From positions 1 through 61,397 of the forward strand of contig CAJJUK010000003.1 of assembly GCA_905195085.1 (NCBI GenBank): a DNA stretch of 61,397 bases, given 5' to 3'. The position numbers and the translations under genes are program-made. Of this stretch, positions 1 through 15,000 are shown piece by piece. Position 1 is the first letter of the stretch. Every line of letters starts with the position of its first letter. This DNA comes from an uncultured Christensenella sp. (GTDB taxonomy: Bacteria; Bacillota; Clostridia; Christensenellales; UBA1242). The notes under the pieces are model-generated. The model worked only from the letters and a program-made list of their open reading frames with translations, had not been told where the DNA came from and searched no databases.

Positions 1-34
1 TTTGCTTATTGCAAATATTATTTTAGGAGGACAC

Positions 35-3000
35 ATGAAAAAATTTGCTCTGGGAATTTTGAGTGTTTTTATGATTTTAGGAGGAGTTTTGCTTTCCGCA
101 TGTGAAAAGAAAGTTTCGCTTTCTGTTTCTACGGAAGAAGTTGTCATTTACACAAATGATGAACAGGCGGAAAACTATCAATCAAAGGTGATTGATGTTT
201 CTCTTGAAAATTCTTCCTCTGGAATTAATGTTGAAATCTTGAAGGGTGGAGACAGCATTAGACTTTCTCCTGTTACTGTCAAAAATTCAAGCAACTATTC
301 TTTCACAATCTATGCTGATAAGAGTGGTGAGGCAGAAGTCAAGGTTTCAGCAAAAGAAGACAGCAAACAGAGCAAAATTGTCAGTGTCCATGTTATGACC
401 GTTTTGGAAGAAATCAAAACTTTGCCTGAAGACAGTGTTGATGGAAGAACAAATCTTTTTGTGACAAAGGGTGTTAATAAAAAACTTAATGTTGATGATT
501 ATTTCAGTCTGGAACCAGTGACCGCAAATATTTGTGACATTATTTGGAGTTTTGAAGATTCTGAAGAAGAGAATTCTCAACAATTTGTTAAAGACGGAAT
601 TTTGTATGCAACCATTCAAGGTGATGTTTTGTATGTGAACGAAGATTTTGATATGTCATACATCAACTTGAGAGCATCATTTGCAAACAACACAAATGTT
701 TATAACACTGTCAGATTTGAAGTGTTGGAAAAGAGCACAATCAACAATTTGACCATTGATGGAGTTGCTTTGTATCAAAACAATTCTGTTGCGACAAATG
801 AGGCAACATTCAAACTGACGAGAAACAATTCCAATTTGTCAAGTGTTCAAGGTTCAATTGTTATAAACACACCTTACGAGATCAGTTTGTCACCAGTTGT
901 TTATGAAAAACTTGACAATGGTGATTTGCAAGCTTTGAGCAAATCAGAATATGAAAATTATTTGACTTTGGAAATCGACGCACCAGTTGTCGATGAAGCA
1001 ACAAATAAAATTACATACAATTTCACAATTGATGCATTGGATAAATCAGCGATAAACAGATTTGGAACATTCTATTTCTACTTCAAAATTGGCTATAAGG
1101 ACTATAACTTCGATTTGGTTTCTGATGGTTCGACTGTCATTTTGGATACTTTCTATTCTGCAACAAGAATTGAAGTTTCAAATGCAAATGGCGACATCTT
1201 GAACAATAATGTTATTGATGTCTTCTCAAATTATGCAACAGGCAACGGTTATCAAATTTCTACGACAGTTCTTCCAACTGAAGTGGCAATTGATAACAGC
1301 ATGTATTACATCTCTGTTGATTTAAATCAAGATGCTTTGAAAAATTTGGCACTTGACGAAAACAATCCTGTTTCTTCATTCATTAAGGTTTATTATCGTG
1401 GACAAGAATTGACATTCACACATGAAGCAGGTTCAAGTGTTTACACTTCTCCAACAATTTTGAACAATTCCGACATCTATGTTGCAAGTGGAAGTGAATT
1501 TGACATTTTGGAAGGAGTTGAATTTAGATTTATTTCTGTAAGCAATGCTGATGCAAGCACTTCGCTTACAATGAATTTCTATCGTATTTCCGAAGATGAA
1601 AATTTGACAATAACAGATGCCAACGACGAAGATATCCCTTCAACGACTTACATCTCTTCAAGTGTAAATGCAGCAAAAACGATGACTTTCAATGTTAAAA
1701 TCAAAGATTTGTCAACAATTTCTGGTTTGACTCTTAAGAGTGACGAAAATTCAAGATTTACGTTCTCTGACATTCAATATGTTTCTTCAAGTTTGGATCC
1801 TGACGAAGGTGTTTATGTCATTGTCAGATTTACGGTTTCTTTGAATGGTTACAATTTTGATTCATCAACCAATTTCTGGTTTGAACATGTGACAGGAAAA
1901 ACTTCTGCAAAATTTGGAATTCATGCTTTTGTTCCTTTGTCATCAGCATCAATTTCAAATGCGGATAAGGCATCGTCTGATGTTTACAAAGACGAGCAAA
2001 CTGTTCAAAATTTTGTTGAATTGGCAGGTTTGATTGATAGTGATGTCACAAGACAGTCTAGTTCTCTTTCAAAATTGATGCTTGAAGCGGGAACTAGCAT
2101 TCCTTTGAACACAAATTATCAAAATGCATCTTTGTCAGAAACAGCAATATCATACAAAATGCTTTCTTTTGACACATTGGTTGCAGCTGTTAAGGTTGTT
2201 GAAGGAATTATTGACGATAATGAGGCATTGGCTAGAGCGGAGGAATTGTTCAGTTCGAACGATTTGAACACTATTGCCTTGAATTATTACAGATATTTTG
2301 AAGACAACAATGGACTTTATTTCACAATCAATGAAAGCAGATTGAGTTTGACTGACAATGCTTTTAAAGGTTATGTTTGTGTTTTGTTTAGTGGCTATGA
2401 TGAGGAACACAATGAAATCGTGCTTGCAAGATTTTTCGCATTGGAAAGTTTCTATTCTGTTAGATATCTTTCTTCTGATGTTAAAACAGCATTGCTTTAC
2501 ACAACCGAAACATTAAGTCAAAGCGACATTGGGCTTTCAAGAGTTGATGTTACAGTTTCTATGCGTCCAGATGAAAAAGTTCCAACATATTCAAATGATC
2601 TTTCTTACTTCAATTTCACATCTGCATTAGATGATTTTGAAGGAACACAAGACGGAAATTATTTGAAAAACAGATATTATGAAATAAGCAACATTTCATT
2701 TGCTTCCTCTGGAAGATATTTCAAATTTAGAATCACGGCAAACTCAACAAATATGCAGACATCTGTGCGTGATATTTTGACCATTTCTTATATGGACGAA
2801 AATGGTTTTGAAAGAAAAACAGAAATTCAAATTGAAATCAGAAATGTTAAGAGAATTGAAAGCGTTCAATGGCTTAACCAAACTGAAGATAATGAAATTT
2901 ATTTGAATTTGACAACAACAGTAAGCAGTGAGAGAAGTTTCACAATTTCAACATCTGTTTCTCCAAGTGATGCAAATGACACAAGTTTGGCTTATGCATA

Positions 3001-6000
3001 TTTTGCATCTTATGGTTCAAGCAGTGACCTTTCAATCACAACTTCTTCTATTGGACAGACATTCAACCTTAACATCAACACAAGCAAGGGTGGTTATGGA
3101 AATTTGTATTTGCTTCCTAACGACATGATTAAGACTGTTGATGGTGTTGATCAAGTGTTGGTTTATAAATACAGCGAAGATGCTGAAGGGGAAATTGTTG
3201 AAACCGCAAAAACAATAAGATTATCAGAATTTGACAGTTATTATGATAAGTTGATTAATGAAAACGACGAATTTTCAACCTATTTCTACAACAACGATGG
3301 TGAAAAAATTTATTACAAAGATTTGATTGTTAAAATTGCCATTACTATCGCTGACGGTATGAGTGAGGGGACTGCTATTAGGGTTTACAACGAAGCAGAC
3401 CTTAAGAATATTGATACTGCAAAATATTACAGAATCATGAACAACATCACTTTGACAAACTGGGTAAGCTATAATGAATTTAGCGGTATGTTCTTTGGAA
3501 AAGATGACACAATCACATTAACTTTTGAAGGAAACAGCCAAAGTTTTGTTAACACATTGCTCGAAAAAGGTGTGATTAAAAATCTTATCTTTGCTGGAAA
3601 TGTGACAAGTGCTGGAACTGAATCTGCTGGTTTTGTTGCCAACACAAACTATGGAACAATTGATGGCGTTTCTGTTGATGTCTATTATGCTGACGGAGAA
3701 TATAAGAGCAGCACTTTGAATGCAACTGCTTCTTATGTTGGTGGAATTGCGGGATACAACTTTGGAACAATCAAAAACACATATTCCTATGGTGTGACAA
3801 TCAATGCAACAAATGGAATGTATGTCGGTGGAATTGCAGGAAACAACCAAAAAACAATTGAAAACTGTGGCGTTGAATTCTATAACTTTGTGACACAAAA
3901 CGGCAATTCGTCAGTGACAGCAAGCAACAAAATCACAACAACAGGTGCTGTTGGTGGCATTGTTGGTTTTGGTGGAGAAACAAGTGTTATTGAAAAATCT
4001 TATGCTTATGCATATTCTTTGATGGAAGCAGGAAGCTGTGCAATTAACAATGTCTTTGCAAACAGCACTGCAACAAAAGGTGCGTTCTTGGCTGCCTTTG
4101 AAGCTGGTGCTGTTGTCAATGAAAGTTTTGCATTTATGGGCAGTTTGAGAGCACCAGTTGAATCTAATACAAGTGCTCAAATGATTACTTTCAAAAATTC
4201 TTACATCACATATTACAACGGGACAACAAGCACTGCTGCAATTAACACAAGAATTTTTGTTAACGCAACTTTTGCATACACAAATCAAATTTATGATGGT
4301 GACACTGAACAAATTGGGGACTCTAATGTTTTGCAGACAACAGATATCCCTTCAGATTACAACAATCCAACTCAGGGCGAGAAATGGAGCAATTTGGTTG
4401 CAAGATTGAGTTCTGACATTTGGGAAACTGTTGATGTTGATGATGAAATCAACTTTGGATTTATGTATCTCAAAAACACAACTCAAAGTGCGGCTGTTGA
4501 TGTTGCAAATGTAAATATTGCAAACAATGTTTCACCTTTGAAGTCTTTGAGTGCTGGAAATGACAAGGGAATTTTGTTTGTCTACAGTCCAACTGTGACA
4601 ATTTCTGATCCTGCAGAACAATCTGCACTTACAAGTTATAACACAATTTCTGTCGCAGATTTGTTTGGTGTGACTGCAGAGCAAGCAAAGAGTTTGCTTA
4701 TCACAAGTGAAAGCAAAAACATTTCAATAAATTCAAACTCAATCAGAATTTTGTCTAAGAGTGTGACAGAGATTGAACTTAATGTTCACTCAAAAATGAA
4801 TTTCACTTCATATAAGACATTCAAATTTGTCATTTTGAATTATCTTCCAGAACTTTCAACAACGATTGATTCTGCTGAGCTTAAAGACAATCAAACCGTT
4901 TTGTTGCAGACTGGATTGAACAATTCAAGAACGATTATGTTCAACATGAACAACACAATCTATTTGAATGGAACGGGATATTCAACTGCGAAAGATACCT
5001 TTACTGTTGACTATAATTTGACAGGAAATACATACACAGATGATTCCGGAGAAGAAGCCGTTACAAAAGACTATGTGACTGTTTCTAAGAGCAACAACTC
5101 CTTGACACTTTTGGGAAATAAGAATCATGAAAATGGTGATGTCACAGAAGTTGAAGCATACATTGTCGTTGACGATGTTGCAAATGATAGTGATTATTCA
5201 AATGCAATAAAAACAAACAGAAGCAGAAATTTTGGTGTGTCAGTTTATAATGGAGCAACATCTTTGGTGATTAACAATGCAACAAATCTCATTGTTAAAC
5301 CTTCCCAATATGCTGTTTTCGATGTTTCTCTTGAAACCGACGCCGAAAATGACAACCTTGTGTTTGGTTTGCAGTATGGAGAAATTGAAATTCCAAATGA
5401 AATTTCATCAGATGATTATGCTGCAAAGTTTGTTGTTGACAGCAAATTGACACTTAATGTTTCTTGGACAAGAACGCCAACAGAAACTGGATTCTCATTT
5501 AGAGTTTGGGTAAGAATTGACGATGCCAACAAACATTTGATTGACCAAATTTATGATGATTTGACTCTTAAGGTTAATGCTGAGAGTCAATCTTCAAACA
5601 CAAATTATCTGAAAACTGTTGGACTTACTGTTATGACTCAAGAAATTGAGGATATCAGCATTTCAACTTATAATATTGAAAGCAGACAAATCAGAAACTC
5701 TGTTCTGTATTTGATTCCTGCAGATGAAATTACAAACACTTTGACACCTTCATCTGATGCAATCATAGCAGTTACGGTTGATCCTGCTTATGCTATGATG
5801 ACAAAGTTTAGATTGACATATTCTGTTTCGGGCGGAAGTGGAACAACAGGAACTGTAAACATTTCTAAACTTGCTTACAACTCAAGATATGGATATTATA
5901 TTAACTCAAATTCTACTTCACTTATCGAAAACGGAATTGAAGTCACTTTGACTGATGAGGATAGAACAGGAAATGGCGTGTTCTATTTCAGAGTTTATGT

Positions 6001-9000
6001 TTCAAGTGCTTTTGAAACATCAAGCTCTTTGCAGTTTACTTTGACATACTATAATGGAAATACACCTTTGATTTCAGGAACTCACAACCTTAGCATTGAT
6101 TATTTGCAAAGTGCAAACATCAAAGTTAACGGGGTTTCTACATATGTTCTTGCAAAGGGTGGCAGTGCGACTGTTACAGTGACAGTTGACAAAAATCAAG
6201 AACTTGAAGATTTATATTTGCAAAACAATGGTGCAAATATTAGTCTTTCTGCGTATACAATGGAAGAATTTGACACATACAAAGTTTACACGGCGACAAT
6301 TTCTGCGTATGTTGATGCAAAATTGACAGGAAATAAAGACAGCGGAATTTTCTATGTTTGCGCAACTGTAAAGAGAGTTGTGAACAACAATTCTGAAATC
6401 AAAGAGAGTCGTGCGACAATTTGTTTGGTTGATTTCTCTGTTGATGGAAACAACATCAAGGTTTCTTCAAGTGGAGGAACTTCAACATATAATGGACAGA
6501 CTTATGATGTGTTCTATTCATATATCAATGCGACAGACACATTGAGTTTTGATTATCCATTTGATCCTGAAACATATAATTATGACCAAAATGATGCCAG
6601 TGAGGTTGCAGCTGTTGAAAATATCATGGAAAAGAGAGCTCGCTTTGAACGTAGCAACACTTACAAAGATGAAGAAGTGGGGTATTACATCAACTATGAT
6701 TTGAATGAGCAAACTGGAGTATATGAAGAATTATCATTGAAATATCAACTTTGGTATGCAACAGACGAGAACAACTCCACTGCAATCTGCAATGGTTCTG
6801 GTATAGTTCAAAACGGAATTTTCAGAATTGATGAAGCAGAAGGTAAATATACGGACGGAACATCTTACAGTTATTTGACAGTTACAGGTCTTAGAACTGG
6901 AAGGCAGTTGATGAAACTTAGAACAACAATCACATATCAAGGAATTGAGATGTATTATGATTATTACTTCTTGATTGTTGTTGAAGTTTGGTCAGATGAA
7001 GACACTCCAACTCAAATCTTTACTGCCGATGAGTTCATTGATTATGCAACAAATTCTGAGCAAACAGACGATTACATCTTGATGAATGATATTGTTTTGA
7101 CAGACTACACTCCTCTTGACACAGATTTGATTGACAGTCTTGACGGAAATGGTTACACAATTCACATCAACAGTTTTGCTTATCCTGAAGGAAGTTCGCT
7201 GAATTTGGCGTTGTTTAATACTGTTACAGAAAACACCACTTTGAAAAATGTTAGAGTGAATATTTATAACGGTGGTCAGATTACTGTCAACATTTCACAA
7301 TACACAGACATTAACATTGCTGGTTTTGCAATTGAAAACAACGGTATCATTTACAACAGTGAAGTTTTGGCTTATTATGATGAAGAATATCAATCAAGTT
7401 CAATTTCTGGAGAAACAGGTTTGGTTGTTAGATACACAATGGGAACCAACACCGACCCTATTGAAATCACTTCAGGAATGGTTTCTTCTTTGGGAATTGA
7501 GAGTCTTGTTTCTGGCTTCGTGATAACAAATAATGCTTCAATCACAAACAGCAGAGTTGGCGGAGACAGTTTCAGACAAATCATTGATATTGCTGGAACT
7601 AATTATCTCAAGACACAAAGTTTGAATCTGTTTGTTTTGAGAGGACAAGGAGAAGTTTCTGGTTTCGTTAATGACAATGCTTCTTCTGGCTATATCAGTG
7701 CTTCATTCGCTGACAATATTCAAATTTATAACGATATGGCTTCAACAACATCATTGACTGCTGGTTTTGCTGTTTACAACCACAACAACATTCAAGGAAG
7801 CTATGTTGAAGGGAAGGGTGAAGAACTTTCAGATGATGGAAAGATTGTTATCTACAACAACTTGTCAAACATCACATCTATTGGTATTGTTGGTGGATTT
7901 GTTTATCAAAATGATGCTTTGATTAAAAATTCATATTCCAACATTGCCATTGAAAACAGTGAGTCAAAAGCATCGTTGGTTGCCGGATTTGTTTACATAA
8001 ACAGTGAAAGTGCGGAAGTTACTTTGTGTTATGCTGCTTGTGACATTACAAAGACAGATATCAGTCAAATGCAATTCTCCGGCGTTGATGATTATGCAAA
8101 CTCTTTGAATGCTGGAACAATCAGTTTCTCATATTTCTATAATGAATCACTTATTGATGACACAAATCAGAATAATGTGACATCAGGTGCATTGTCTGTC
8201 AGTGATGTCATGAATGAGGACACTTTCTATGGTTTCAGTTTTGCTTCAGAACCTGGAGCATATAATGGAATTTGGAGTGTTTCCAACACTGAAAAATTGA
8301 CACTTGTAAGTGCAAATCAAATTTCTTTCTCAAATCGTTATGCTGTGACAAATGGTTCTGTTACATCAATTTTCTACAACAGGTCAATAATTGATGCAGA
8401 TACAATGAGAAGTGTTGATTTGTCTTATGGAAGTGACAACAACCCAATCATTATCAGAAGTGCTTATGACTTTGCGATGGCAACTGGAAAAGCGGGCGCA
8501 ACAGAAATCTCTTCTTACAAAGAATATTACAGTGACACAGAAGTTTTCGGAAATTACAGAATTGTAAACAACATTGATATGTCTGAAATCGACCAAAATT
8601 CAGAAAATGACAACTCAATCAAGTTGCAGACAACCAAGAAAACATTCACTGGTCTTTTGGATGGAAATGGTTTCACAATTTCCAACATCAGTTTGGGTAG
8701 CAGTGAAGTGGCAGAAAACTTTGGTTTGTTTGCAAAACTTGACGGTGCTGTCATTATGAATTTGGATTTGATAGTTGATTCAATCCACAATTCAAGAGCA
8801 AATATTGTTGGAACTTTGGCTGGAACGGCAGTAGATTCAAGAATTATATCAATCAGTCTTTCTCCTGTAACGACACAGACAACTTCAAAGACATCAATTT
8901 TGGGAAACAATGTTGTTGGTGGTGTTGTCGGAATGTTGTTTGGCGAAAGCAAGATGAGCGACATTAATGTTGTGGATATTGATGTTTATTCTGCTTTCTA

Positions 9001-12000
9001 TTTGAGTGGCAAGGGAGTTAACTCTAACGAAGGCAATGTTGGCTCAACGCTTAGGGGTTATGCATCAAACGGAAATTCAATTTCAACTTATGTTTCGAGA
9101 ATTTCTTATGCAGGAGCAATTGCTGGTTATGTCGACATTTATGACTCTTTGAATGCTGAAACAGTTCTGTTCTCTTCTTCTTTGGCAGTTAGTGATTATG
9201 ACATTGTCACAGTTCATGTTTCAGACTCTGTCAATATCTATGGTGAGGTTGCTGGTGGACTTTTTGGATATGTTGGAAATTCAACAATGGTCTATGATGC
9301 AACACTTGAACTTGATGCGGATATGAGTTTGACAAAACCATCTTACATCATTTCAAAGAATCTTTTTGCTGGTGGTTTGATTGGCGAAAACTATGGTGGC
9401 TTGTTTGCAGTTTCTGCAAGTTATGCATCAGAGTTGCAATACACAATTGAAGAAACAGAAAATGGTTATTACAGTGGAAATACGGCTGCGGAGAGAGGTC
9501 AGCAGTCAATCTTCTCTTATACCCCAAGTGATGAAGGCTATGCTTCAAACATCAACAATCCGCTTTATATTGGTGGACTTGTTGGATACATGGGTGGTGG
9601 ATATATCTATATTGGATATAGCAAATTGAATGTAATTTCTCATTCAGCTTCCACACTGGCAGTTGGTGGAATTATTGGCTTGGCTGGATACAAGGACACA
9701 CAATATGACTTAACTTTCCTTGATCCTGTTCAAAAAGTCAATGTCTATCTTAATGATGTTTATGCTTCAGGAGATGTTTACATTGATTCAACCACTGGAA
9801 ATGGTTACAGTGCAGGCATCATTGGCGCACTTGAAAGAACTTCAGATGGACATATTTCAGTTGTTGCATTGAAAAATGTTTTGGCAGTTAACTACTACTC
9901 ATACAATGGTTCTAAATTGGTTGGAGACAGAACTGCAAGCACAGATGCTGAAAGTGGATACGTCAGTGATAGACATTTTATACTTGTTGGAAAAGTTGTT
10001 TCATCTGCTAATAATAATATAGATAATGATGACATTGTTTTTGGAACAAGTTTGTATTTGATTGATTCGGAAAACTATTATTTGGACATTTCAAAAGGTT
10101 ATGAGTATGGCACTCATCAATCCAACACTGTGGGTGGATATACTGCGGTCAAACTTAGTTCAAGCACCATTTCTCTCAATTTGAAACCTTATGGTTTTAA
10201 GACTTCTTGGGACGATGGAACAAGTGAAAAATGGTATAATGCTTTGGTTAATGTTGAGTCTATTGGTGATACATCAATGGGTTCGATGTCTAATGCTTAT
10301 GCCAAAATGTATAGTTATTTCCTTGCTAATGGTTGGAGTGATGAATATTGGGAACACACTGAAGAGAATCTCTTCCCACATATTCAACTTTTGCCAGTGC
10401 TTAATGTAATTTTCTGGGATCAATATAACACTGATGAAGTTTTGCAAGCAATGGAAAACAGCAGTGTGACGGTTATTTTGAGAGGAAAAGTTGATAAAGA
10501 TACCAATGAGTATATGGATATTGATTTGAGAAATGGATACAGAGATAGTAATGATAATGAGCACACCTTTGAAGCCATTTCAGGTTTCCATGGGACTTTG
10601 ATTTCATATTATGATTATGCAAACAGCAATACTGAAGGTATGGTTACAGAGGAGATTACTGAATCCGATGGAAAAGTTGTTGGTGGCTATGCAGGTTCAG
10701 GTACTAATGCTGCTGACAAAGTCGGAATCATCATCAACAAATCTTTCTTTGATGGATTGACAGATAATGCCACAGTTGAGGGGATCAATTTCTATCTCTG
10801 CGGAAACAGTGGTTCCACAATTGATTACACTTTAATTGATGGTGGGGCTGGTGATGCAATTTTAAGAGATGTAAAAATAACAGCAAATAATGACATTGTC
10901 ATTAGCACTGAAACAATGACAATTGGATCTGAGACCGCATATAGTGGTGGACTGATTGCTAGAGATGCTCACGGAACTTCATTTATTAACATCACAATCA
11001 ATCTTAGAAATGATGCAACCATAGAATTCTCTCATGTCGGAAATTATGATAAGGACTATGAGATTTATATGGGATTGTTGGCTGGATACATTGAACAGAC
11101 TTCTGCATTCAATCAAATTAATATTCAAGGAATTCAAATTGCACATGAAGGTGCAGATGACGAAGAATCCGTAAAATCAAATATTGATTTTGATGTAAAA
11201 GATTCTTCAGAATCAAGTGTTGGCGTAAGTTTGTATGCTGGTCTTTATGCTGGCAAGATTACAAAAGGAACAGGAAGAGCAAGAATATCTTTGGGACTTT
11301 CTAATGTTGGAAATGTAAATCTTAATTTTAATATAAAGGCAGATGGCACTAAGAAAGCTTACATTGGAGGGTTTGCTGGAGAGATTGAATCGGTAGATGC
11401 AGTTGAATTGATAAATAGTGACGAAAATTCTGGCTCAATCAATGCATTGGACATTAATCAATGTTCAAGTGTTGACAGCCTTTATGCTGGAGTTGCATTT
11501 GGGAATATTGTGAATTCTTATTTAACAATTTCCAATACAGGAACCAGTGCGGTTGCTTTGTCTGGTGGGGTATATCAAGTTGGAAATGTTACAAGCAAAC
11601 AAACATATATTGGAGGCATTGCTGGATCTGTTAATTCTTCAACTTCAATTCAAAGTTTTTCAATTGATTTCAGTGTTGGAAAGAAGAATGATCTCGCTAG
11701 TGTGGCAAATGATTATGTCGTTGACGAAGAAACAGGCGAGACTTTGTTTGATCAGAACTTGTATTCTTACAACAATCAAGAAAAAGATGAAGCTGGACTT
11801 ACTCCATTCATCATTGAAATAGAAAATAATAATGATGTAATTGATATAGGCAATATAGGTGGATTCTTTGGCTATGTCAGTGGTGCAACAATCACTGTGA
11901 CAGGAAGTTGCAACGTTTCTGGAAATATTGATGTTCAAATTGGTAAAGATGCAACAAAAGATCCAACTAAAGCTGATAAAGAAGTGTATTTAGGTGGAGT

Positions 12001-15000
12001 TATCGGTCAGACAACTGGAGCATTGATTGTTAATTCATCAATGGTTAATGAAATAAATATCTCTGTTAAAGAACCTGATTTGGCATCGGGAAATGCTCAT
12101 GCTTATATTGGTGGACTTGTTGGGAAAATGACAAATATTGTTGGAGATAATGCAAACTCAGTTTCATCTTCAGTTAACACTTCTCAAATATATTTGCAAT
12201 ATAACGGAACAGTTTTGGCTTCTGTTAAAGATTTAACCTTTGGTGGTGCAATAGGTTACATTGAAAGAGAAGATTATCTAAATCAAGACAAAGCTATCAC
12301 AATCTCTGGAGTTATCTATGGTGGTGCTGTCAAGATTTATGGACAAGAAAAAAATGATAAGACATATAACTTGCCAGAAAATGTCACAATAGGTGGTATT
12401 GTTGGTGAATATAACAACAAGATCTCTTTAGGTGATGACACTTTAAATTCTGTTAGATACTATACAATTTCGAATTGTTACACATATGGTGATGTGTTTG
12501 TTAATTATCTCCCTAACGGTGTAGAAAATGAAGGTTCAATATATAACTCCAGATTGGCAACTTACAATTTTGGTGGAATTGTTGGGGAAGGTTCATACAT
12601 AGCAGTAAGAAACTGTTATTCTCTTATGACGTCCTTCAATGATAGATTGGCAGAAGATGAGGAGGGTGGTTCTAAAATAAGTTCTAATACAAATGCCATT
12701 GTTGGGGCAAGCAGTTCAGTTGTTCAGTTCTCTGGAAATAAATATAATTCTTCTGTTTGCATGGCATATCAAGAAGAGTCTGGAAATCAAGATATTGCAT
12801 ATGGCAATGTAACAGACAATTATTATGGTTATACAACAATTTATGACACTCAACGCGAAGGAACTCCTGGTGAAGGCACTGATAATACAGAGTCTAATAG
12901 TTCAAATCTATATTCTAGTGAAAATATTTTGGTTGAATTCCAAAACAAAGGTATCGATTTCAATAATATTGTTGCTGGACATAAATTGAGTCCATATGAA
13001 TGGAGTCAAAGCAATGAAAATAATCAAATCAAAGTAAGTGATGATGACGACGAAGATTATTTTGTGACGATTGAAGGAAGTTTGCATAACATTACTTGGG
13101 TTGCAGTCACAGAAAATGTTTCAACATCAAGACCAATTGCTGACAATTTGAAAAATTATGCAATAATCGGAAATGGACACATCATCACCAGAACGGACGA
13201 TTCAAGTTATAATGATGATGATACAAGTTATAGTGATGGTTTTTATTTTGGTGGTTTGATTAATGAACTAGGCGAAAAATTTGATGCAAATAAAGCTCAA
13301 GAACAAAATCCTAATTTCAATGTAGTTGCTGGACTCATAATGAATTTGGAAATTTCTTCTGCTGATATTAAAGGTGATGGCAAAAATGTTACTACTTATG
13401 GTGGCGTTGCTGGAACAATGGATGGTAGTTCATTCATCTATGGTGTTGGAATTAAAGGAGAACTTTCTGTTGGTGGTGAAAACTCACAACTCCGTCTTGG
13501 TGGAATTGCTGGTCTCATGATAAATGGATCAATCAGTGAAAGCTATGTTGACGCTGACATAACTTACAGAGCTTCCGAAGGCGGGATCTTGTCTGGAGTT
13601 GCCAATATATCAGACCAAAACACAACAATCAAATCAACATATTCTTCTGGACTTTTGGAAACATATGTTGATGTGAACATTTATACATTTGCAAATAGTG
13701 TGAATAACAATTCAACAACTAGTGCTGATGTTATGGATTGCTATTCAATTTCTCAGATTAAGAAGAATAATGCCTTAGGTTCTGAGTTTGAACACAAATC
13801 TTCATTTATTAATGAATTTAATTCTGAAAGTGGAAGCGAAGGACTTAATGTTATTGGCAATGTAATAAGTGGAAGCAATGAAGTTTTGGATAATGAGTAT
13901 GGAACTTCATATGGAATGGATGAACTCTCAATTCCTTATTATGGATACAAAACAGGTGAAGGTGAAACAGAAACCATTGTTAATGGAATTTCACAGAATT
14001 CTTTGATTATTGGAAATAAAGATGAAACCTTATACACCTTACACACATGGTATTTTAATCGTTATGTGAACTATGGTTATGCTTCTCATGGTTTTGGTTA
14101 TTTGAAAAACACTACTACATATGAGTTGATAGAAACGACAACTGAGGAAGATCCAAATACTGTTATTGCTAGGGAATATAACCCTATTACTTATGATAAA
14201 ATCATCAGCGATGGTGATAATTATGGTGGCGAAAATAGCAATTGGTATCTGGGCGTTCTTAATCAAGGTAAATTTGATCAAATGTATGATACAGTGGAAT
14301 ACAATGTTGTAGATGGGGTAAACCAAAATACAAATTACGATAAGGACTATAAGTTTGTTTTAAGATATAGTTTTGTTGTATCGGAAGTGGGGAAAAATTT
14401 AGGAGATCCTGATAAGAATTTAGTTATTGATGGACAAAATGTTACTCTTGACTTATCAGGTTCATCAGCATCTGGACTTTTTGATACTTTTATTGGAGAA
14501 GTTAGAAATTTAAGAATTTCAAATGCAGATATTAAAACTCCAAATAGTGTAATATTTGGTCTTTTAGCTAATGTTTTTGAAGGTAAAATTGATAATGTTA
14601 GTGTAAATGGAAAAATTACTAACACATCATTAGCAAAATATATTGGCGGTGTTGTTGGTGTTCTGGAAGGAACAGCTTCCAATGTTGATGCAGTTGTAAA
14701 CATTACTACTACAAAAAATTCCGTTGTTGGTGGAGTAGTTGGATATTTGGCAAAAAGTGGAAGTGTTGAATTGGCTTCAAATAATGGACAAATTATTCAA
14801 ACTGTTGACAGTTCAAATATATTAAAAAAATATGATAGTGTTAATAATAAAGTTTTAGAAGATAAAGATACAGCATCAAACATAGCAGCTTCACCTTATA
14901 AATATATTCAATCCGAATTGAATGATAAACAGGAAGATAAAACTTATACTTCAGATTTGAATGGTATTGCTGGAGGAATTGTTGGGTATGCAGAAAGTGG

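Noticed and set aside
2-34. N-terminal extension of the giant ORF (MLIANIILGGH...)
   Set aside because: The AGGAGG SD at 25-30 and the canonical signal peptide beginning at ATG 35 make 35 the start. The earlier frame is merely open.
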